Positions 38,901 to 47,900 of a stretch of DNA of 51,213 bases are shown here, in pieces. The DNA comes from Octopus bimaculoides. Its lineage: Eukaryota. The notes below the pieces were generated by a model that searched no databases, was not told the origin of the DNA, and saw nothing but the letters and a program-made list of their open reading frames with translations. Made by a program: the position numbers and the translations under genes. Every line of letters begins with the position of its first letter. Positions within the stretch are counted from its first letter, which is position 1. The DNA lies in the NCBI RefSeq assembly GCF_001194135.2, contig NC_069007.1:3882269-3933481 (forward strand), given 5' to 3'.

Positions 38901-41900
38901 NNNNNNNNNNNNNNNNNNNNNNNNNNNNNNNNNNNNNNNNNNNNNNNNNNNNNNNNNNNNNNNNATCGCGGTTTCGATTCCCAGACCAGGCGTTGTGAGT
39001 GTTTATTGAGCGAAAACACCTAAAAGCTCCACAAGGCTCCGGCAGGGGATGGTGGCGAACCCTGCTGTACTCTTCCACCACAACTTTCTCTCACTCTTAC
39101 TTCCTGTTTCTGTTGTGCCTGTAATTCAAAGGGTCAGCCTTGTCACACTCTGTGTCACGCTGAATATTCCCGAGAACTACGTTAAGGGTACACGTGTCTG
39201 TGGAGTGCTCAGCCACTTGCACGTTAATTTCACGAGCAGGCTGTTCCATTGATCGGATCAACTGGAACCCTCGACGTCGTAAGCGACGGAGTGCCAACAA
39301 ATCAACAAATTGCCTGATCAAGAAACAAAAGTTTCATTGGGTGTGTGTGTGTGGGAGGTGGTGCATGCATGCGTGGGGGTGTGTGGGGTGTGTGGGGGTG
39401 GGTGGTGGCATACATTAAAACAATGATGGCATTGATATACATCAAAGACTTCCATGTCCAGAAACTGAATCTTCCCTTCAAGATGGTAGGAGGTGCTCGG
39501 AGAGCTAGGACACATTGCTGTTATTTCTTGCAGGTCATGGGACTATGTAGCGACTCCCTTGTTGGAATCAAAGAGTATATTAGAGACTAAACGATTCCTA
39601 CCTCAAAATGCTCCCTTTCTGGTGTGGTCAAGAGATCTTTTGAACTGGTTTGGCATACGTATTTTTTCAGAATTTCTTCCATGGTATCCCAGAACCAATT
39701 TTTATCTGAAGAGAAATATTATAAGGAGGTTAGGCATCAAATATTGAGTATTTCAGCATTATAAATGTTTGTGTGTGTGTGTTTGTGTGCATTTATATGT
39801 ATGTATGCATGAGGGTGCACGGCCTAGTGGTTAGGGTGTCGCACTCACACTTGTAAGATCGTGGTTTCAATTCCCAGACTGGGTGGTGTACTGTGTTCTT
39901 GAGCAAAACACCTCATCTCACATTGCTTTCTGACAGGTTTATGGTCAGTGGAGACCCCCCAGCCTTCTTGCCAGCCCCTCACCCCCCAGACCATATCCCT
40001 GCTTACTGCTATCGGAGCAAGTGTGAGCCCTGTGAGTCAGAGTGGGCCGTTCCAGTACATCTCCCTCACTATTCTCCAGGACAATCATCACCATCATCAT
40101 CATCATCATCGTCATCGTCGTCGTCGTCATGACGACGACGACGACCATCACCACCACCACCACAACCATCATCACTTAATGTCTGTTGTCCATGCTGGCA
40201 TGGGTTGGACAGTGTGATCAGAGCTGGCAATCCAGGGGGCTGCACCAGACTCCAGTCTGATGTGGCATGGTTTCTACAGCTGGATGCCCTTCCTACAGAG
40301 CATGCTGGGTGCTTCCACATGGCACCACACAGCCACTTTAATGTGATGCCACATGGGCACCTTGTCATCACACAGGCACTTTCGGCTCACTTTTTGAAAC
40401 TTAATATTCCATCTCATACCACCCACCCATCTTCCCATTGTCACCCAAAATAGCAGGAATCTTTGGTGTTACATCTCTTTCTTTCTTTCCCTTTTTCTCT
40501 TCCTCTCTCTCCTTCCCCCTCGGTTGCTGCTTCTGTCTGCCCCCTTCTCTTCTCTATTCTCCCTCCTTCTCCCTTTCTGTGCACCGATCCCTCGTTTCCT
40601 TCCTTTCTCTCTTCTATCCATTCCATCTCCTTCTGTGCATTGAGAAAAATACTGCAATATATTTCACATTACCGTTATTGTCCAGAATTCTGTCAGCCAA
40701 AGTTCTGGAACTTTCATGAATCCAAAGACGGATGATGATGCATATCAAAGGTGGACAAGGGTATGAAGAGAACGACGAGTGTTCTTGAGAATCCTCAGTC
40801 TGGGCCTGTTGACTGGTACAAATGATAGCTGTCAAAAAAAAAAACAACAAAAAAAAGGAACAAATATAAGGTGTCAAAAAACAAACAAAACAAAAAGAAA
40901 CTAAAAAAAAAACAATAAAGAACCCCCTCAAAAAACAAATGTAAGCTGTCAAGAAGCAACAAAAAAAAAGGAACAAATCTCACTGGCTGTGTGGTTAGAA
41001 GCTTGCTTCCCAACCATATGGTTCTGAGTTCAGTCCCACTGCGTGGCACGTTGGGCAAGTGATTTTGTATTATAGCTGCAAACTGATTAAAACCTTGTGA
41101 ATGGATTTGGTAGAAGGAAACTGAAAGAAGCCTCTGTGTGTGTGTGTGTGTGTGTGTGTGTCTGTATTTGTCTCCCACTATTACCACCTGATTACTGGTG
41201 TTGGTGTGTTTACATTCCCTTAACTTAGCAGTTCAGCAAAAGGAATCGATAGAATAAGTACCAAATTTGAAAAATAAAAAAAAAAGTACTTGGTTTGATT
41301 CATTCAACTAAAAATCTGTCAAGGCGGTGCCCCAGCATGGCCACAGTTCAATGACTGAAATAAGTAAAAGATAAAAGACGAGAGATAAGCAATAAAGGAA
41401 TGCAATGTGGTTGGCGTTAGGAAGGGCATCCAGCCATAGAAACCAAGCCAAATCAGACTGGAACCTAGTGTAGCTCTCTGGTTTACCTGTTCCAGTCAAA
41501 CCGTCTAACCCATACCAGCATGGAAAGCAGATGTTAAATGATGATGATGATAAATACACATGCACAGAGAGAGACACACAGACAGACAGACAGAAAATGG
41601 TATATAAAGTGCTTACATTGCTCAGCCTTTTTCATTTCTTTCAGTAAGACGCTGGCATTCCTTGGGGTCAGTAACCTCAGACCATTGTAAATATGGGCCA
41701 CATCGTGAAGTGTGAACAAATAGTATGGATGCTCTGGGGTTGGTTTCAACTTCTCTTTGACACGGGTGTACAATTCTATGGTGCTTTGGGTCAAACACTT
41801 TTGGCAGAAACAGTAACAACAATAGCAGTGAGTAAAATAGAGCAGAAGGAGAACATAGCATATTCTGAGGTTAAAGGTCATATCCTATATGTGGTAATAT

Positions 41901-44900
41901 AGTAGGTGTGATAGTGGTAGTGGTAGTGGTAGTGATTAGGATGACATGATGGTGTGATGGTAGTCCTCAATATATATATATGTGAATAAAAATAAAAAAT
42001 ATACAAAAAAAAAAGGGGTTTGTATGATCGTGTATAGAGGAATATATTATTTAAAAGAGTTCCAACTCTGTCTGTTTTTTATGTTTTATTTATATTCTTA
42101 TTTATATTCTTATAAAATTAATGTGGGATATAGAATATGGAACATATAATATAAATAGTAAAATGAAATGAAGTATTGAATGTTTTATTGAATATATGAA
42201 ATATTGAGTATTAAAGGCTTTTCTCTGTTCCTTTAATACTCAATATTTCATATATTCAATAAGACATTCAATACTTCATTTCATTTTACTATTTATATTA
42301 TATGTTCGATNNNNNNNNNNNNNNNNNNNNNNNNNNNNNNNNNNNNNNNNNNNNNNNNNNNNNNNNNNNNNNNNNNNNNNNNNNNNNNNNNNNNNNNNNN
42401 NNNNNNNNNNNNNNNNNNNNNNNNNNNNNNNNNNNNNNNNNNNNNNNNNNNNNNNNNNNNNNNNNNNNNNNNNNNNNNNNNNNNNNNNNNNNNNNNNNNN
42501 NNNNNNNNNNNNNNNNNNNNNNNNNNNNNNNNNNNNNNNNNNNNNNNNNNNNNNNNNNNNNNNNNNNNNNNNNNNNNNNNNNNNNNNNNNNNNNNNNNNN
42601 NNNNNNNNNNNNNNNNNNNNNNNNNNNNNNNNNNNNNNNNNNNNNNNNNNNNNNNNNNNNNNNNNNNNNNNNNNNNNNNNNNNNNNNNNNNNNNNNNNNN
42701 NNNNNNNNNNNNNNNNNNNNNNNNNNNNNNNNNNNNNNNNNNNNNNNNNNNNNNNNNNNNNNNNNNNNNNNNNNNNNNNNNNNNNNNNNNNNNNNNNNNN
42801 NNNNNNNNNNNNNNNNNNNNNNNNNNNNNNNNNNNNNNNNNNNNNNNNNNNNNNNNNNNNNNNNNNNNNNNNNNNNNNNNNNNNNNNNNNNNNNNNNNNN
42901 NNNNNNNNNNNNNNNNNNNNNNNNNNNNNNNNNNNNNNNNNNNNNNNNNNNNNNNNNNNNNNNNNNNNNNNNNNNTATTTTTATATTTATATTTCATCTT
43001 TACTTTGATTTTATTCTTAATTTTTAAAAATTATTTCTTTATTTTTTCATTTTTTATAATTTTCTAATTTTTACATTATTTACATTATTTACATTTGACG
43101 GATATTTGTCCTCATCTTGTTTGTTGTTAACACAACGTTTCGGCTGATATACCCTCCAGCCTTCGTCAGGTGTCTTGGGGAAATTTCGAACCTGGGTTCT
43201 CATTCCTAACGATGTTACTATTATTATATTATTATTATTATTATTACTATTATTAATCAGGTCGCTGCTGTGAATCGAACTCGGAACCTTGGGGTTAGTA
43301 GCCCCAAGATTCCTAATTTTTATTTCCTAATTTATAATTTTGTTCTTTATAATTCATACCTTAGCTTTATCCCTCAACACTCTGCAGCTGGTATACCATG
43401 GCGCACTGGTGTGCCACAAGATGATGCTAGGTGTGCCACGAGACGATGTAAATAATGTATTTCTATACCTGAGTTAATTTTCAATCAGAGTTCCTAATAC
43501 TCATAACAGTTACCTGTGCTAAATTTGGTATGTAAATCTGAAGCTGGAAAGTGGAAGGTAAATCTTCGAGCAAGATTTGGAAGACCTGAGAATATATTGA
43601 AACCAGTTGACTTGTGGTTGGCGTGTGGAATGTTATGTTGAAGAAAAGATTGCCGAGTCTTTGACTTAAAATGTGTGTCCCATGTCCAAGACCAGTTCCT
43701 GTTGGTAAGAGAGAAAGAAAACGGTTATTACAGCAGCAACATCACCCTCCATCCCTTTTCCATGCTGGCATGGGTTGTATGGTTTGATGGAAACTGGCAA
43801 GTCAGGCATGGCTGTGGGGTTAAGAAGCTTGCTATTCAACTCATGCGGTCTTGGGTTCAACCCCATTGCACAGTACCTTGAGCAAGTGTCTTCTACTATG
43901 TTGCTTCACTCCACTCAGCTGGCAAAAACGAGCTGTACCTGTAATACAGAGGGGGCCGGCCTTGTCACATTCTGTGTCACACTGAATCTCCCTGAGAACT
44001 GCGTTAAGGGTACATGTGTCTGTGGAGTACTCAGCCACTTGCATGTAAATTTCACGAGCAGGTTGTTCTGTTGGTCAGATTAACTGGATCCCTCAATGGA
44101 GTGCCAGTTATATAGGTGGTCGTGTGGTAAGAAGTTTGCTTTCCAAGCATGTGGTTCCAGGTTCAGTCTCACTGCATGGTCTCCAATTGGGTAAGTGTTT
44201 CTACTATAGCCCTGGGCCAACCAAAGCTTTGTGAGTGGATTTGGTAGACGGACACTGGAAGAAGCCTGCTGTCTATATGTATATGAGTGTGTGTGTGTGT
44301 GTCTGTGTGTTACTGTCTCCTTGCCTTAACATCGCATGACAGCTCTAAGCGAGTGTCACTACTATATAAGCTGTGTCTTTCATTTCCAATCTTCCGAGAA
44401 AACATATCTGGCCACAGGGAAATATTATCTTACTTGGAAAGAGGTAAGGGTTGATAACAGGAAGGGTATCCAACTGTAGAACATCTGCCTCAATCAATTC
44501 CATCTGACCCATGCAAGTATGGAAAAATGAGCATTAAATTGATGATTTTATATATATATATATATATATATATGCTACTATAGCCTTGGGCTGATCAAAG
44601 CCTTGTGAGTGGATTTGGTAGATGGAAACTGAAAGAAGCCCATCGTATATATATATATATATATGTGTATATGCATATCTATGCATGTACCTTTGTGTCT
44701 ATGTTTGTCCCCACCCCCACCGCTTGACAACCAGTGCTGGTGTGTTTATGTTCCCATAACTTAGCAGTTCAGCAAAAGAAACCAACAGAATAAGTACCAG
44801 GCTTTAAAAGGAATAAGTACTGGGCTTGATTTCTTCAACTAAAGGTGGTGCTTCAGCATGTCAAATGACTTCAGCATGTCACACACACACACACACACAC

Positions 44901-47900
44901 ATATATATTACACATACATACACACACACATACATACATGATGGGCTTCCTCACCGTTTCCGCCTACCAAACTCACTCACCTCACACGGAGGGATTGGTG
45001 AGACGAGGGCTATTGCCAAGGGTATTTACAGCAGGAACTGAACCTGAAACCTAGTGGTTGTAAAGCAAACTTGTTAATCACACAGCCATACACAGTGTCA
45101 AGCTAAATGCAAATATTTCAGGTGTGTCTGGGTGAGATAATTATTGCATGCACGTGTTTGTTACTTACCGAGATCTGTTGGTGATGTTATGGCGGCTATG
45201 AAGTTAAGATAATGCACACTGCACTGTGCATGCTGTTCTTTGTCGTAAAATTCTGCCTCATTCATGATCTGACGAAGTAGTTCCAAGGTTGGCTGACAAC
45301 CTGGTATGAAACAGAAACATATATATATATATATATATATATAGATATATATATATATATATTTTTATATATAACGTTGACCACTAACGTGGACATTCAA
45401 TGTGCTAGAAATAGATCACATCTTGTGTCTATTAAGACCTAAATTGTTCTCAAAACGAAATTTAGCGGAATACCAAAGCGTAAGCGGGCAAGACATTTAA
45501 AATTACCGAAAAAATCATTATTAAACAGGGACCAGTTTCAAAATTAACAATCTTACCGACTGTCTGTTTCTCTTCAGCCTGATTCGTAATGTAACCATAA
45601 TCCTCAGAACCCTATACAAAGTTGCCCACCATCATAGGTNNNNNNNNNNNNNNNNNNNNNNNNNNNNNNNNNNNNNNNNNNNNNNNNNNNNNNNNNNNNN
45701 NNNNNNNNNNNNNNNNNNNNNNNNNNNNNNNNNNNNNNNNNNNNNNNNNNNNNNNNNNNNNNNNNNNNNNNNNNNNNNNNNNNNNNNNNNNNNNNNNNNN
45801 NNNNNNNNNNNNNNNNNNNNNNNNNNNNNNNNNNNNNNNNNNNNNNNNNNNNNNNNNNNNNNNNNNNNNNNNNNNNNNNNNNNNNNNNNNNNNNNNNNNN
45901 NNNNNNNNNNNNNNNNNNNNNNNNNNNNNNNNNNNNNNNNNNNNNNNNNNNNNNNNNNNNNNNNNNNNCAATAATGCCCTTATATAAATTAAATTATATA
46001 TATTTATAGAAAAAAATGATGGGTTTTTTTTCCTTATGAGGTTTTTTCACGCTGACTACTTGATAAATTCTTATAAAGATTTTATCCTTACAATAAATGG
46101 AGCAAAATGCATATAAATAAAAATTCCTTTAATTCCTACACATGTTTCAAAATATATGTGGACTCTACTCCAAAGAAGTAAGAACTGCTGGAATTCCACA
46201 TATATTCATCGTCAGAGAACCAACATATAAAAGCAAGACAAATGCAAAATGATGAGGTAACTTACTAGTTATAATATTACATGGCCAAGTAAGTGACCGT
46301 TAGAAGAACGCTTGTTTACATAGAGTTATAAAGGGAGGGGGCAGTAAACGTTATACTAAAGGTTTAAATTAAATGATTAAAATGGGGGGAGGAGGGCAAA
46401 ATGGATCACACTAAAACTAAAAGTCGTAAGCGAATTGCTAAGTCAAAAAGTGGAGGAAGGGAGATAACCAAGAGAGTTCATCAAATATAAAAAAATTTTC
46501 TCCTTCAGGAAAAAACTAATGACATACTAATATAAAGCGAAGAAAGTAAATATAAAAAAATAAATAAAGCATCATAGCTTGGTAATATATAGTATTATTA
46601 TATGGATATTAATGCAAGTTAATGGTAAAACAAGGTACAGGATTTTTAGTGGAGAAATAATAATAATAATGTGCACGTTTACAAGGAGAAGAACGGAAAA
46701 GCTTAGTTGAAGTTACCAATAGTACGAACAACAACCAGTGTGGCATTACTAGGAAGAATTTACTTAGCTAACTGTAGAAGGGGAAAATAAAGAACAAGTG
46801 GCAATGGAGGCAGAAATAGATATTGTTTAAGAATATATTAAAAATATTAGGATTAATAACATACTGATTTGAAGCGAAGAATGTAAAGATGATAAATGAA
46901 ACATCATTATCTTGTGATATATTAATATACGGATGTTAACGCAAATCAATGGAAGAACATGGTACAAGATATTTTGTTGAGAAATAATAATAATAATAAC
47001 AACAATATACATGCTTATAAGGAGAAGATTGGATATATAAGGCAAAGTAATTAGTGGTACAAGGCAACTCAAGTAGCATTACTGGGAAGGAAATTACTTA
47101 ATCAACTGTAGTGGCTCGTGTGGCCGCCATTGGCTGCATTCTTGGGAAGTGCCATTGTGCATGTGCAAGGGACTTGCCGTCAGCGGAAGTACCTGAGCAT
47201 GCATGCGCAATGCAACAGGTGGTGAGAGAGCAATAGTGTTCGATCTCTTCTCTCTCTAGCAGCAGTGGCGACAACACGTATCTCTCAGCTCGATACCGAC
47301 ATGTGGTCGAAGCTTCCTTGGTATTCTAGCGGCATGCCTGTTCACCCAGGAACAAAACGGCTCTACACCAACCTAGAATAAATTATTGATCTGTTGTTAC
47401 CGTTATCCCTCGTGTTGTTGTATTTCTGGATTTTAATGATTAATATAAGAGCTGGGGAGAGATGGCCGAACCGTCATATCTCATCCAATTCTTATACAAC
47501 TATAGAAGGGGAAAATAAAAGACAAGTGTCGGTGGGTGTAGAAGTAGATATTATTCCACTTAGAACATTGGTGTTCATCTCCTTTGAAGTTCTGCTACAC
47601 ACACACACACACCTGTACACTTGTCCACCTGTTCGTCCATCCTTTGATCAGGTCATCCATCAGCCAAGAAAACAACAATAATAAAATAAAAAAAAAACTA
47701 GAAAGAAAAGAAAGGAAAGAAATAGATAACCAGATATCAACGAATTAATCAATACCATATAACAAATAATTAATTAACTTACCATTTTCCCATCGTGCTA
47801 AGCTGAGGTCATCGATGAAGAGAAGGTGAGAGATGCCTGTTGGTTGCGTCGCTGAGGCCTTGGGTTTTTTTGAATTGTCTTTCGTGCTGCTGGACTTGAC

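Noticed and set aside
774-45987. Long ORFs in the supplied track containing X runs (e.g. 10903-12198, 34605-35726, 42293-42997)
   Set aside because: They are open only because they cross N gaps; not evidence of coding.
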